Source: Mobula hypostoma
Taxonomy: Eukaryota
Assembly: GCF_963921235.1 (NCBI RefSeq)
Contig: NC_086097.1
Location: forward strand, 122,948,001-123,012,000
Length of the DNA: 64,000 nucleotides
Direction: 5' to 3'
Shown here: positions 37,609-51,900 of the stretch, one piece after another
Numbering within the stretch: the stretch's first letter is position 1
Layout of the letters: each line of letters opens with the position of its first letter
Notes under the pieces: generated by a model
Seen by the model: only the letters and a program-made list of their open reading frames with translations
Told to the model about the DNA's origin: nothing
The model's database searches: none
Position numbers and translations under genes: made by a program

Positions 37609-37859
37609 GCGCCTCTTCCTATAGATGCTGCCTGGCCTGCTGCGTTCACCAGCAACTTTGATGTATGTTGTGATAAATGGGCCCTTTTTAGGCTGGAGAG
37701 ATGTAACTAACCATGTGTCCCTGGGATCAGTTCTAGGTCTTCAATTGTTTACTGACTTCCTTAATGACATGGAAGAGGGAAGGAATTGGAAGACTTCCAA
37801 GGTTGTTGAGAGAAAAAAAATGGTGAAAGGGTATGTTACAATGAGAACATTGTGATTCA

Positions 37860-38976
37860 CCAGGATATACTTTGACAAGCCTCCGTAGATGCACAGTGGA
37901 GAGTATCCTAATTGGTTGCATCACAACCTGGTATAGAAGCACCAAGGTCCTGGAATGGAAAAGTTTACAGAAAATGATGGATTCAGCCTAGTCCATCACA
38001 AACAAAAACTTTCCTACCTTACTTATTTTCTGCCCATTATGCCACTGGCGTTTAGGGCAGCAATAAAGGTCCACCTCCACCTCTGACGGCATTCAGGGCT
38101 TCCTTCATCATGTCAGTAGCTTCCTCTCAGTCATGCAAGTCCCAGCTGGAGACACAAGAATACTGTCACACTCAGATACAGAAGGATTCTTCATTGTTGT
38201 TTCAGTAACAATTTTGTTTTCCTAATCAGAGGTAGTAGCCCTGAGTGGAACACCTGAACCTGGAGGACCAGTGGACCACTCTTAGTCTGGCCTCTACCCT
38301 GTGACCTGTTTGATATGGGTCACTCTACCAAAAGCCAAAGCATAAAGCCCTGACTCCAGCCAACATAGGTCTCCGGGTCATTGCAGCACACAGGTCTCCC
38401 AACCCTACGACAAGGTTGTGGTCCCGTTGAAGGGCCCTTCCAATCATGGAGTGCATTTACATGGAATGCTGTCACAAGAAAGCAGCATCCACCATCAAAG
38501 ATCCCCACCGTCCAGGTCATGCTCTCTTTTCACTACTAACATAAAGCAGGAGGTTCAGGAGCCTCGAGTCCCACACTCTTCAGGAACAGTTATTACCTCC
38601 TCAATCACCATGGATAACTTCATTCACCAAGACTCTGAACTGAATCTATGACATACAAATTCACTTTCAAAAACTCTTTTGCAGTTCATGTACTCAGTAC
38701 TATTCAGTTTATCGTCCTTTGCACAATAGTTGTTCGTTGGCCTTCGTCTGTTTATGTACTGTATTTCATAAAATTCTATTTGAACACAGAAAAGTAAAGC
38801 GAGTACCAGTTATGCTGACCTTTCAATCTACTCTTAAGATCAATCTAACCTTTCCCTGCTACATAACCTTCTATTTTTCTATTGTTTTTTTCCTGAAATG
38901 CCTGAAAGATAGTGAATCTCAAGGTAGTATATGGTAATAAAAATGTATTCTGATATTAAATTTTCATTGAACTTTG
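37860..38976 (+). mobile_element. Rex1/Babar 3' fragment with nested inserts
   Basis: RCTVESILIGCIT.WY motif; GAACTTT tail. Confidence 0.7.
38017..38437 (-). mobile_element. Non-autonomous RTE/RTEX-type element
   Basis: Interrupts the Rex1 copy; minus-strand end GCCCTAAACGCCAGTGGCATAATGGGCAG...AAGTAAG and 5' part resemble RTE termini (from recall). Confidence 0.5.
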
Positions 38977-39001
38977 AATAGATTGAGTAATTGGCAAAAA
39001 A

Positions 39002-41587
39002 AAATCAAACCATTAGAAGGAGATGACATAGGGTCTGAAGGTGTTGAAGACCCTGGTGAGAGTTGTATACAAACACCCCCCCACCCCCGCCACCCAAACA
39101 GTAGTAAGGATGTGGCCTACGAATTGCAGTGGGAGATAGGAAATGTATGCCAAAAGGGCAATGTTACAATAGTCAAGGGGAACTTCAATATGCAGACCGA
39201 TAGAGAAAATCAGGTTGGATCTGGATTGCAGGAGGGGGATTTTCTAGAGTGACTATGAGATGGCTTTTTAGAGCAGCTCACGGTTGAGCCCACTAGAGGA
39301 TCAGCTATTCTGGATTGGGTGTTGTGCAATGAACCAGAATTGATTAGAGACCTTAAGGTAAAAGAACTCTTAGGGGCAGGTGGTCATAATATGATCAAAT
39401 TCACCCTGAAATTTGAGAAACAGAAGCTAAAGTCTGATGCATCAGTATTACAGTGGATTAAAGGGAATTACAGAGGCATGAGAGAGGAGTTGTCCAGAGC
39501 TGATTGGAAAAGAAGACTGGCAGAGATGATGGCAGAGCAGCAATAGCTGGAATTTCTGGAAGCAATTCAGAAGGCACAGAATATAAACATCTCAAAGAGG
39601 AAGAAGTATTCTAAAGGAAAGATGACACAGCTGTGGCTATCTAGAGAAGTCAAAGCCAACAAAAAAGCCAAAGAGAGGGCATATAATAGACCAAAAAATA
39701 GTGGGAAGTTAGAGGACTGGGAAGCTTTTAAAATCCAATAGAAGGCAATTAAAAAGGCCATTAAGAAGGAAAAGATGGAATACAAAAGTAAGCTAATCAA
39801 TATTATTAAAGAGGATACCAAACATTTCTTCAGATACATAAAGTGTAAAAGAGAGGTGAGAGTGGATATCGGACAGCTGGAAAACAATGCTGGAGAGGTA
39901 GTAATGGAGACAACAAAATGACGGACAGACTGAATAAGTATTTTGCATCAGTCATCACTGTGGAAGACACTAGCAGTATTGTGGAAATTCCAGGAGTCGG
40001 GTTTATGAAGTGTGTGAAGTTACCATTACTAAAGAGAAGGTTCTTGGGAATCTGAAAGGTCCGAAGATAGGTAAGTCACCTGGACCACGTGGTGTACACC
40101 CCATAGTTCTGAAAGAGGTGGCTGAGAGATAGTGGAGGCATTAGTAATGATCTTTCAAAAATCACTAGATTCTGGAATGGTCTAGAAGACTGGAAAATTG
40201 CAAATGTCACTCCACTCTTCAAGAAGGGAGAGAGGCAGAAGAAATGAAACTATAGGCCAGTTAGTCTGACCTCAGTGTTGGAGTTGATTATTAAGGATGA
40301 GGTCTCAGGGCACTTGGAGGCACACGATAAAATAGACAATTGTCAGTATAGTTTCCTCAAGGAAAAATCTTGCCTGACAAATCTGTTGGAATTTTTTGAA
40401 GTAACAAGCAGAATAGACAAAGGAGAATTGGTTGATGTTGTGTATTTGGATTTTCAGAAGGCCTTTGACAAACGCCACACATGAGGCTGTTTAACAAACT
40501 TCAAGCCCATGGTTTTACAGGAAAGATTCTGGCATGGATAAAGCAGTGGCTGATTGGCAGGGAGCCTTTTCTGGCTGGCTGCCGGTGACCACTGGTGTTT
40601 CACAGGGGTCTGTGTTGGGACCAATTCTTTTTACGTTATATGACAATGATTTGAATGATGGAATTAATAGCTTTGTTGCAAAGTTTGCACATGATATGAA
40701 GATAGGTGGAGGGGCAGGTGGTTTTGAGGAAGAAGAACTTAGACAGACTAGGAGAAAGGGCAAAATAATGGCAGATGGAATATAGTGTTGTGAAGTGTAT
40801 GGTCATGTACTTTGGTAGAAGAAATGAAAGGGTTGGCTATTTTCTAAATGAAAAGAAAATACAAAATTCTGAGGCGCAAAGGGATTTGGGAGTCCTTGTG
40901 CAGGATTCTGTAAAGGTTAATTTGCAGGTTGAGTCTGTAGTGAGGAAGGCAAATGTGATGTTAGCATTTATTTCAAGAGGACTAGAATATAAAGACAATA
41001 TAAAGACAAGAATGTTGAGACTTCATAAAGCACTGGTGAGGCCTCACCTGGAGTATTGTGTGTAATTTTGGGCCCCTTATCTTAGAAAGGATATCCTGAA
41101 ACGGGAGAGGGTTCAAAGGAGGTTCACAAAAATGATTCCAGAATTGAATGGTTTGTCATATGAAGAACGTTTGATGCCTTTGGGCCTGAATTTGCAGGAA
41201 TTCAGAAGAATGAGGGGTGACCTCATTGAAATCTATCGAATGGTGAAAGGCCTTGATAGAGTAGATGTGGAGAGGATGCTTCCTATGGTGGGAAAATCTA
41301 AGACCAGAGGACACAGCATCAGAGTAGAGGGGTATCCTTTCAGAACGGAGATAAGGAGTAATTTCTTTAGCCAGAGAGTGGTGAATCTGTGGAATTCTTT
41401 GCCATTAGCAGCTGTGGAGGCCAAATCTTTATGTATATGTAAGGCAGAGGTTGATAGATTCTTGACTGGCCAGGGCACGAAGGGTTTTTGGGGAAAAGGC
41501 AAGAGATTGGGGGTGAGAGGAAAATTGGATCAGCCATGGTGGGCCAAATGGCCTAATTCTGCTCCTATATCTATGGACTTATGGTCT
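39002..41587 (+). mobile_element. CR1 LINE ORF2 (APE-RT), decayed
   Basis: GNFN, LDFQKAFD, QGSVLGP, KFAHD, RPHLEYC, FSQRVV; CTTATGG-type tail. Confidence 0.88.
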
Positions 41588-42399
41588 AAAAATTGGCGAA
41601 TTGCATTTAATGTGAGGAAGTGTAAAATCATGCATTTTGGTAAGAGGAATCTAAAAGGAGATTATTATCTAACTGGAAATGACTGAAATTCAGAGTGGTG
41701 TTCTAGTATGGAGATCACAAAAAGTTAGCGGGCAGGTCCAACAAATAGTTAAAAAGGCAGACTGCATTTTGGCCTCAATTATGAAGAGATTGGAGTTTAA
41801 GAGCATTACAACCATATGGGTTGTATTTTTGAGGTCATACAGGGAATACTGTGCATGGTTGTGGATCCATGCCTAAAAAGGATATACTAGAAATGGAGGC
41901 AGTCAAAACAAAAATTGTCTGGCTAATTCTTGGGATGATAGGGTTGTCCTATCAAGGCAGTCTTGATTGTTTGACTAGAAGGCCATAACACATAGGAGCA
42001 GAATTAGGTCATTGGGCCTATTGCTCGGGATTGTACTTTAGAAGTTTAGAAAAAAGAAGGATGAACAGGTTCTAAATATAAACTGCTGAGAAGTACAGAT
42101 ATTGAAAGGTTTTAACAAGTGGGTGATTCATCAACAAACAAATACAGATGCAAAATAAGGGTTTGGTCATTTAAATATTCTTCTCTCAAGGTGGTGAATC
42201 TTTGGTATTTTCTGTTCTAAGGTTGGTGAGTCCAGGTCATCAGATATATGTAAGGTGGAGATAATTGAAACATTGAAATATTGAATAATTGATGGTTATT
42301 AGGAAGAGCACACTAGAAGAATCGGCCAGCATAGAGATCTGTCACATTCACACTGAATGGCAGGGCAGGTATGAGGGGCCTGGTGACATGGCTCGCTCC

Positions 42400-45127
42400 A
42401 GACTGGCCGGATACTTCGGTAAGAACCAAGGGCTTCATGAGATACAGGATAAAGCAGACTGCTGATTCAGAGAAGGTAAAAGGTGGGATCTGTATTACAT
42501 AATAAGCTCTTTGTGGTGCTTGGATGCAGTGGTCTTGTCACACTCGTGTTCCCCTGACCGGGATCATCTAACGATTAAGTGCTGATCATTCGACCTACCA
42601 AGAGAGTTCTCCTCTGTGATCCTGACTGCCGTTTACATACCGCCAAAGGCAGGTATTAACCAGCCACTCGAGGTACTGAGTGTCACCATCAGCAAACAAG
42701 AAACAGCCTACCCCAACACTTTCCAAATCAGTGTCAGGGACTTCAGTTAGGCTTGTTTGAAGAAATCTTTGCTCAATTATCATCAACCTATAAACTGCAG
42801 CACCGGGGGATCCAATACACTTGACCAATGCTTTATTACAATTCAGGATGCCTACCGTTCTCTGCCGAGACTGCATTTCAGAAAATCTGTTTGCTTGGCT
42901 GTCCTCCTCCGACTTGCATAGAGGTAGAGGTTGAAGAGCGTGGCTCCAGAGATAAGGGCAACAACGAGTGGTCGCGGGAGGCGGAGAGGCAGCTATTGGA
43001 TTGCTTCTAGTTGGTGGTCTGGGCTGTGTTCACGAGCTATTCAGAGGATCTGATGAATACACCACAGTTGTCACGGACTTTATAAAAACGGTCATAGACG
43101 AGTGTTTCCCCACAAAATCATCCAATGTCTTCCCCGAACAGAAACCCTGGATGAACCATGAGATCCACATTCTGCTGAGGGCCAGATCAATTGGATTCAG
43201 GCCTGGTGACCAAGTAAAATACAAGAAGTCCAGGTGCAATCTCCGGAAAAGCCACCTCATGTGCCAAGAGGCATTTCTTGACCAAACTTGAATCACTGAA
43301 GGATGCTGGACAACTGTGGCAGGGTTTTGCATTACATCATACAAATAAAAACCAAGCAACATAGGTGACAAAAAGGCTTTGCTTCCAGATGAGCTCAGTG
43401 CCTTTTACACTCACTTTGACGGTCAAAATATGGAGGCACCTTCGTGAACTCGCGCAGTCCCCAATTACCCTGGATTTCAGTCTCTGAAGCCGATGTGAGA
43501 GCATCCCTCAGGAGAGTGAGCCTGTGGAAAGCGTCCAGATGGGGTACCCAGCCAAGTTCTAAAGTCCTGTGCTGAACAACTGACTGGAGCGTTCACTGGC
43601 ATCTTCAACACCTTGCTTCAGCAGTCTGACATTCCCACCTGCTTCAAGCAGGCTTCAATTATACCGGTGCCTAAGAAAAACGTGGTAACCTTCCTCAATG
43701 ACAATCATCCAATAGCACCAACATCCACTGTGATGAAATGCTTTGAAAGGTTGGTGATGAAACATACCAACTCCTGCCTGAGAAGTGATTTGGATCTGCA
43801 ACTTGGATTTGCCTACTGTCACAACAGGTCAAGAGTAGATGCCATTTCATTGCCACTTCACTCAACATCTAGGCAGCAAAAATACACCTCAGGATGCTCT
43901 TCTTCAACTACAACCTAGCATTCAATACTACCATCGCCTCAAAGCTTCAAGACCTTAGCCTCAATACCTCCTTGTGCAAATGGATCCTTGATTTCCTCAC
44001 TTGCAGACCCTGGTCAGTTTGGATTGGCAAAAACATCTCCTCCACAATCTCCATCAGCACAGGTGCACCACAAGACTGTGCACTTAGCCCTCTGCTCTAC
44101 TTGTTTTATACTTCTGTGAGGATAAACATAAGCTCCAATGTCATATTTAAGTGTGCTGACACCACACTCATTGGCCAAAGCAAAGGAGGTGGTGAATTAG
44201 CATACAGAAGGGAGACTGAAGACCTGGCTGAGTGGTGCCACAAGAACAACAACCTCTCACTCAATGTCAGCAAGACCAAGGAGTTGTGTGCTGAATTCAG
44301 GAGGAGGAAACCAGAGATCTATGAGTCCATCTTCATTGGGGGATCAGAGGTGGAGAAGGTCAGCAACTTTAAATTCCTCAATGTTCTCATTTCAGAGGAT
44401 CTGTCCTGGATCCAGCAAGTAAGTGACATTGTGAAGAAAGCACTAATAGTGCCTCTTCTTTCTTAGAGTTTGTGAAGATTCAGCATGGCATCTGAAACTT
44501 CGTCAAACGTCTATAGATGTGGTGGAGAGTGTTTTGACTGATTGTATCACACCCTGCTATGGAAACACCAATGCCCTTCAGTGGAAAAGCCTACAAGAAG
44601 TAGTGGATTCAGCCCAGTCCATCACGGGTAAAACCCTCCCCACCACTGAGCACATCTACATGGAGCACTGTTGCAAGAAAGCAACAACCATCATCGACGA
44701 CCCACCATCCCGGCCATGCTCTCTTCTCGCTGCTGCCATCAGGAAGAAGGTACAGGAGACTCAGGACCCACACCACCAGGTTCAGGGACAGTTGTTACCC
44801 TTCAAACATCATGCTCTTGAACCATAGGAGATATCCTCACTCAACTTCACTTGCCACATCAGTGAACTGTGCCCACTGCCTATGGACTCACTCTCAATTA
44901 CTCTTCATCTCATGTTCTCAATATTTATTGCTTATTTATTATTATATTTTTATTTGCAGAGTTTGTTGTCTTTTCCACACTGATTGTTTGCCCATCCTGT
45001 TCGGCATGGACTCTCTTACTTCTATTGTGTTTCTTGTATTTACTGTGATTGCCCACAAGAAAATGAATCACAGGATTGCATGTGGTGACATATATGGACT
45101 TAGATAATAAACTTACTTTGAACTTTG
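42400..45127 (+). mobile_element. Near full-ORF decayed Rex1/Babar LINE
   Basis: LPREFSSVILTAVYIPP (APE), QKPWM, IIPVPKK, MKCFERLV, GAPQ..LSP; GAACTTT tail. Confidence 0.85.
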
Positions 45128-47029
45128 GTAGTTTATTCCTGCACCTATTTACTTGTGTTCATTTTAAGTTAATCAGAAATTAGGTGAAGCAGAAGTTATT
45201 GGTGCACATTTATGGAATTAAAATGTAACAATTTTCAATGGCACACTGGGAAATAACATAACAAATTGCAAAATAATATTCTGATAGGTTCCAGCATTTG
45301 CAGTCTCCCTTGCATCTCCCTTGCATTTTAGTCCAGGCTTAGCGATCGGATTTAAATGAGACACACATAAATTTAAAGCCCATGGTAATAGAAGATAGAT
45401 GGGGAGTACAACACAGTACAGGCGCTCCAACCGATAATATTGTGCTGACCTTTTAACCTACTCTAAGATCAATCTAACCCACGTAGCCCTCCATTCTTCT
45501 ATTGTCCATGTGCCTATCTACACACCTCTCTAATGTCCCCAGTGAATCTGCCCCCAGCTGCGTGTTCCACACACCTACCACTCTCTATGTAAAAAAAAAC
45601 TATCTCTGACAACCCCCCGTACTTTCCTTCCAATACCTTAAGTTAGGCCCCTTTTTATTAGCCATTTCCACCTTAGGAGAAAGGTCTCAGGCTGTCCATT
45701 CACCCTATGCCTCTTACCATCTTGTACACCTCTATCAAGTCACTTCTTACCCTCCTTTTCTCCACAGAGAAAAGCCCCAGCTCTCTCAACCTATCCTCAA
45801 CTTCTTGTATCCTGCCACATAGAGCACAGCTATTAGGTACAATCGTCAACTATTAGGTAGAACACCAGATGAGTAACCTGGAGCGTTAATCCAGATACTG
45901 ATTGGATACTGATCCAAAGATATATATTCAAGTCCTAAATTTAAATACAATTAATTAGATGGTCCAAAATCTTTAAAAAAAAAGATTGCAGCAGTAATGG
46001 AAGCTATGTATCTACTAGACAGTTGTAACAGACCCATCTGCTTCGCAATTGTACTGCTCACTAATCTGCCAACCTGGTTTAGTCTAGATAACTACAGAGC
46101 CAGAACAGTGTAGTTGTATTGTAAAAGCTCTGGCAAACCTCTTGTATACAAGATGACAGAGGCATAGATTGAGTTGACAGCCTGAGACTTTTTCCCAGGA
46201 CAGAAGTGAATAATATGAGGGGGCTGAATTTTCAGGTGATTGGACGAAAGTATAAGGGGAATGCCAGATGTATGATTTTGACAGAGAGAGTGGTGAGTAC
46301 GTGGAACACCCTGCCAGGGGTGATGGTAGAAACAGATATATTAGGGACATTTAAGAAACTCATATAGAAATGCACATGGATATCGAAAAATGGAGGACTA
46401 TGGAGGAGAAAAGGTTTATATTAATTTTAAGAGTGGGTTAAAAGGTGAGCACAGCTTCATAGTTTGCAGGGTTTGAACTATGTTTTATATTCTATAAACC
46501 AGCCAGTTCATTGGCAAAGTAAGGACTTTCGATGTTGCTGTAAATTGAAAAAGTAATTCTACTATCAGAAGCAAACGCAAGTTTGGATTTGGTGAAATTT
46601 ATTGAATTGGACATTAAAACTGCAGTAACCACAACTCTACCACCTTCATATTCTTATCTAAACTTCAGAAGTTGGGGTGAGGTGGTGGGTCTGGTATGTT
46701 GACAGAGATCCTCCTCTTCCCTGTGCGGTGTGGTAGCATAATGCTTTACAGCTATCTCTACGCTCAGGCTTCAATTCCCACCACTCTCTGTAAGGAACAA
46801 AGGTTTCCTCTGGGTGCTCTGATTTCCTCCCACATTCCAAAAGACATCTGGGTTAGGGTTGGTGAAACGTGGGGTGGCTATGTTGGCGTTGGAAGCGTGG
46901 CGACACTTGTGAAGGCTTGCCCCAACACATCCACGGGCGGTGTTGGTCGCTGACACAAACAATGCGTATTTCAATACTTCCATGACCATGTGACAAATAA
47001 AGTTAATCCAGTCATTCCTTGTCACCTTC

Positions 47030-47655
47030 GCTGAACACCTTTGCTCTGTCTGTCACAAAAGATAGTCATACATTTTAATTCTAATCCCCATTCCTGGATC
47101 GACATGTGGCCCATGATCTCCTCTATTGCCATGATGAGGCCACTCTCAGGTTGCAGGAGCAACACCTCCAATTCTACCTAGATAGCCTCCAATCTAATGG
47201 CATGAATATCGATTTGTATAACTTCCAGTAGATTCCCACCACCACCCCCCAGCCTTCTTCCTTTCTCCATTCCCCATTCTGGCTCCCCTCTTACCCCTTC
47301 TCTTCTGTCCTGCCCACCACCTCCCTCTGGTACCCCTCCTCCTCACCTTTCTCCCATGGTCCACTCTCCTCTCCTATCAGACTTCTTTATCTTCAGCGCT
47401 ACACCTCTTCCACCTATCACCTCCCAGCTTCTTAGTTCATTTCTCCTCCCCCATCTCCCCATCTACCCACCTCACTCCTCACCTAGTCCCACCCATCACC
47501 TTCCAGTTTGTAATCCTTCCCCTCCTCCCACCTTATTCTGGCTTCTTTCATCCTTCTTTCCCGTCCTGATGAAGGGCTGCAGCCCAAAACGTTGACTCCC
47601 CATAGATGCTGCCTGTGCTGCTGAGTTCCTCCAATATTTGCTGTGTGTTACTCCA
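47030..47655 (+). mobile_element. Old Penelope 3' end with mutated hammerhead
   Basis: YCHDEATLRLQEQHL...; GTCCTGATGAAGGGCTGCAGCCCAAAACGTTGAC at 47563-47596. Confidence 0.8.
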
Positions 47656-48713
47656 ATCTTCTCTAACTCTGGTTCACTGTGCAGTGTAAATTTCCAGACG
47701 AACTATTGGCATGAACCTTAACTTGTCTTACAGGATAGATGCGGAGTTGCTTTATCTCCCGGCTGGCCTGTTCAGGAACAGGGTAACAGACAAAATGAGT
47801 GGCAGGCCATTTAGGACGAAAAGGGAGCGAGGAGAAAGAAACAAAATACCATTTTTCACCAGTCTTACTCATGGAATATTGTAATTGACTGATCACTTGG
47901 GTTTGTGCATACACAATCTTCACTTACTCAAAGTTTTAATTAATTTCAGCACATCAGCAGCAATATTTGTTCCTGTTCTCAGCTGCCTTGAGCTCAATAC
48001 TCCATGCATACCAAAGGTACTAACTGTTTTTTTCTTCCTCTCTTTCTCTCACCTCCCTCTCTCTCACACACACACACATATTATTAAAACAAAGTTTGCA
48101 GCTGACCCATCAGAATGGGGGCGGGGTTATATGCACGGAAAAGCAAATCACGGAACAGTAATTTATTCATGTAGTCCCACAGGACATGAATTATTTATGA
48201 GACTCCTGCCCTGTTCACTGCGACAGTAAGCATAATGCAGGTGACCTTCTTGCTAACCAGACAATGTGAAATCAAAAGTCCCATTGACACGTTTCAAGGA
48301 AACATTATGATCTCCGAACTGCAAGTAATCTGGGTCATGCTGACTGATCTGCTGGTACAAATCGAAGTATCACAGCAGCAGGTTAGAAGAGATGGTAGCA
48401 ACTCCTTAGAGTTCTGGGATTCAGTTTTGCTAAACCAAATTATTTTTCAGATTACTGCAATAATCTTTTTTCCAACATATGGCCATATAAAAATCAGACA
48501 GATTTATTTTGCACTTCTATTGTCAGCCAGCCAACTTGCTTTAATTTGAAATTTCAGCACCTCATCTATGCAGAAAGCTTGTGGAATTTAGTTCAATACC
48601 AATCCAATTAACCTTTATCAAGTGAACCAATCATGGTTTTGGACAAAATGAATGCTTCACTTTCTGTTTCTTTAATCAGAATGAACTATTAGAGTGATAG
48701 TGTCATAGAACTA

Positions 48714-49500
48714 CACTCAGTGGCTACTTTATTAGATACAGAGGGAACCTAATAAAGTGGCCACTGACTGTACAATATGTTTGTGTCTTCTGCAGCTGCA
48801 GCCCATCCACTTCAAGGATCAACGTGTTGTGCATTCAGAGATGCTCTTCTACACACCACCGTTGTGACGCCTCGTTACTTGAGATACTGTCGTCTTCCTG
48901 TCGGCTTGAAACAGCCCATCCTTCTGTCCTGACATCCCTCAATACCAAGGCATTTTCACCCACAGAATGTTTTTTTTTGTCCTTTGCACCATTCTCCATA
49001 AATACATAAGAACATAAGAAATAGGAGCAGGAGTTGGCCATCTGGCCTGTGGAGCCTGCTCCACCATTCAATAAGATCATCACTGATCTGGCCATGGACT
49101 CATCTCCACCTACCTGGCTTTTCACCATAACACTTAATTCCCCCACTATGCAAAAATCTATCCAACCTTGTCTTAAATATATTTATATTTACTGAGGTAG
49201 CATCCATTGCTTCAGTGGGCAGAGAATTCCAGAGATTCACTAGACACAGATACTAGAGACTGTGTGTGAAAATCCCAAGAAATCAGCAGTTTCTGAGTTA
49301 CCGAACCACACTGTCTGGCTCCAACAATCACTCCGTGGTCAAAATCACTTCTTGCCCATTCTGATGTTCTAAACAACACTGAACCTCTTGACCATGTCTG
49401 CATGCTTTATCCACAGAGATGCTGCCACATGATTGGCTGCTTCAATATTTACATTAAGCAACAGGTGTACAGGTGTACCTAATGAAGTGGCCACTGAGTG
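48714..49500 (-). mobile_element. Non-autonomous Tc1 deletion derivative with a nested CR1 3' end (~49005-49245)
   Basis: TIR hairpin at 48714-48770; SDFDHGVIVGAR; ends GTACCTAATGAAGTGGCCACTGAGTG. Confidence 0.8.
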
Positions 49501-49539
49501 GATTATATCATATTGTACTATGTTGAAACAGAACTATCT

Positions 49540-50720
49540 TACCACATTATCATCCAGACTGTTGATTTAAATGACAAACAACAACGGGCCCAGCACTGAT
49601 CCCTGCAGCACACCACTAGTCACAGGCTTCAAGTCAGAGAAGCAGCCACCTGCCATTACCCTCTGGTTTCTCCAGTGAATCCAATGTCTAACCAGTTTAC
49701 TACATCATCCTGAATGTCAAGCGATTTGAGCCCCTTTATTGACCTCCCATTCCGGATCTTGTCAAAGGTCCATGGCTTTCCTTCATCCAACTAGAGTTGA
49801 TGATGTTTCCTTCATCAACTATGGTTATAGTTTTAACTATAAAATTTGTTAAACACATCCTGCCACACACAAAGCCGCATTGACTATCCCTAATCATTCG
49901 TTGTCCTTTAGAATACCTTCCAACAACTAATATCAGGCTCACTGTCCTCGAATTTCCCTACTTAGTCTTATAGCCTTTCTTAAACAACGGAGCAATATCA
50001 GTTATCCTCCAATCCTCCAGCAGCTCACACTCAGCCAAGAACATTTTAAATACCTCTGCTAGGGTACCTGTAATTTCTGTGCTAGCCTCCCACAAAGTCT
50101 GAGGGAACATCCTGCCAGGCCCTGGGGATTTATTCACCCCAAGTTTCCTCAAGGCAGCGAACGTGCTGATCCAGTTTACCACATTATTATCCACATCGCT
50201 TATATAGATGACAAACAACGGACTTAGCACTGATCCCTGCAGCACACCACTTGTCACATACCTCCAGTCAGAGAGGCAACCATCTTCTACCACTCTGGTT
50301 TTTCTTGTGAAGCCAATATCTAATCCAGTTTATTACCTTATCCTGAATGCCAAGCAACTGGACCTTCTTGATCAACCTCCCATATGGGACCGTAGCAAAA
50401 TCTATGTAGGCAACATCCACTGGAATTCCTTCATCAACTTTCTTAGTAACTTACTCAAAAAGTTGGTTAAACATGTCCTACTATGCACAGAGTCATGATG
50501 ACTCTCCCTAATCAGTCCCTGTCTGTCCATATACTTATATATCTGGTCTTCTAGAAAACCTTCCATTAATTTACCCACTGCTGATGCCAGGGTCACCAGC
50601 CTATAATTTTCTTGCTTATTTTTAAAAACATTAGTTATCTTCCAGCACCACCCCTGTGGCTAAGGACATCTTAAATATCTCTGCTAGGACCCCTGCAATT
50701 TCAGCACTAGGCTCCCATAT
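49540..50720 (-). mobile_element. Rearranged CR1 RT fragments (two or three overlapping segments)
   Basis: VTSGVLQGSVL and LAE.FKM.LA motifs each occur twice. Confidence 0.7.
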
Positions 50721-51900
50721 GTAAGGCTCCTTGTCATTGACTACAGCTCTGCCTTTAATACCACCATTCCAAATAAACTGATTCCTAAGCTCCGGAACCT
50801 GGGTCTTAGCACTCAGACCTGCAGCTGGATCTTCAACTTTCTCACAGACAGGACCCAGGTTGTAAAAATAGGGGACAAGCTCTCCTCTACAATCACTCTG
50901 AGCACTGGTGCCCCACAAGGCTGTGTACTCAGCCCCCTGCTGTACTCACCCATGATTGTGTAGCCAAGTTTCCATCAAACTCAATATATAAGTTTGCTGA
51001 TGACACAACAATTGTAGGCTGTATCTCCGGTAATGATGAGTTTGAGTACAGAGAGGAAATTAAGAACCCTGGCATGGTGTGAAGACAATAACCTAACCCT
51101 CAACGTCAGCAAGATGAAGGAATTGGTTGTTGACTTCAGAAGGAGTAGCGGACCACACGAACCAATTTACATCGGTGGTGCACAAGTGGAACAGGTCAAA
51201 AGCTTTAAGTTCCTCGGGGTCAATATCACAAATGACCTGACTTGGTCCAACCAAGCAGAGTTCACTGCCAAGAAGGCCCACCAGCGCCTTTACTTCCTGA
51301 GAAAACTAAAGAAATTTGGCCTGTCCCCTAAAACCCTCACTAATTTTTATAGATGCACCGTAGAAAGCATTCTTCTAGGGTGCATCACAATCTGATATGG
51401 AAGTTGTCCTGTCCAAGACCGAAAGAAGCTGCAGAAGATCGTGAACATGGCACAGCACATCACACAAACCAATCTTCCGTCCTTGGACTCACTTTACACT
51501 GCACGCTGTCGGAGCAGTGCTGCCAGGATAATCAAGGACACGACCCACCCAGCCAACACACTTTTCATCCCTCTTCCCTGTTGGAGAAGGCTCAGGAGCT
51601 TGAAGACTTATACAGCCAGATTTGGGAACAGCTTCTTTCCAATTGTGATAAGACTGCTGAACAGATCCTGACCCAGATCTGGGCCATACCCTCCAAATAT
51701 CCAGACCTGCCTCTCGGTTTTTTTTTTGCACTACCTTACTTTCCCTTTTCTATTTTCTATTTATGATTTATAATTTAAATTTTTAATATTTACTATTGAT
51801 TTGTACTCCAGGGAGCGTGAAGTGCAGAATCAAATATCGCTGTGATGATTGTACGCTCTAGTATCAATTGTTTGGCAACAATAAAGTAAAGTATAAGTAT
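50720..51900 (+). mobile_element. Rex1/Babar LINE 3' half
   Basis: [59 protein letters not shown] tail. Confidence 0.88.

Larger units (their letters stand above)
34009..37666. mobile_element. Penelope-like retroelement (Neptune-like) with long inverted pseudo-LTR
   Basis: Arms 34045-35632 and 36076-37670 are near-identical reverse complements; TSD GTTGTGATAAATGG at 33995-34008 and 37667-37680; host CR1 frame rejoins across it. Confidence 0.95.
33250..42390 (+). mobile_element. Old CR1 LINE fragmented by nested insertions
   Basis: Successive RT segments at 33250-33712, 33940-34008, 37667-37858, 38977-39001 and 41588-42390 read in correct CR1 order. Confidence 0.75.

Noticed and set aside
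34045..37670. Long TIRs of a DNA transposon, Polinton or DIRS element
   Set aside because: The arms contain RT and GIY-YIG coding sequence and PLE termini; no transposase, integrase or tyrosine recombinase is present.
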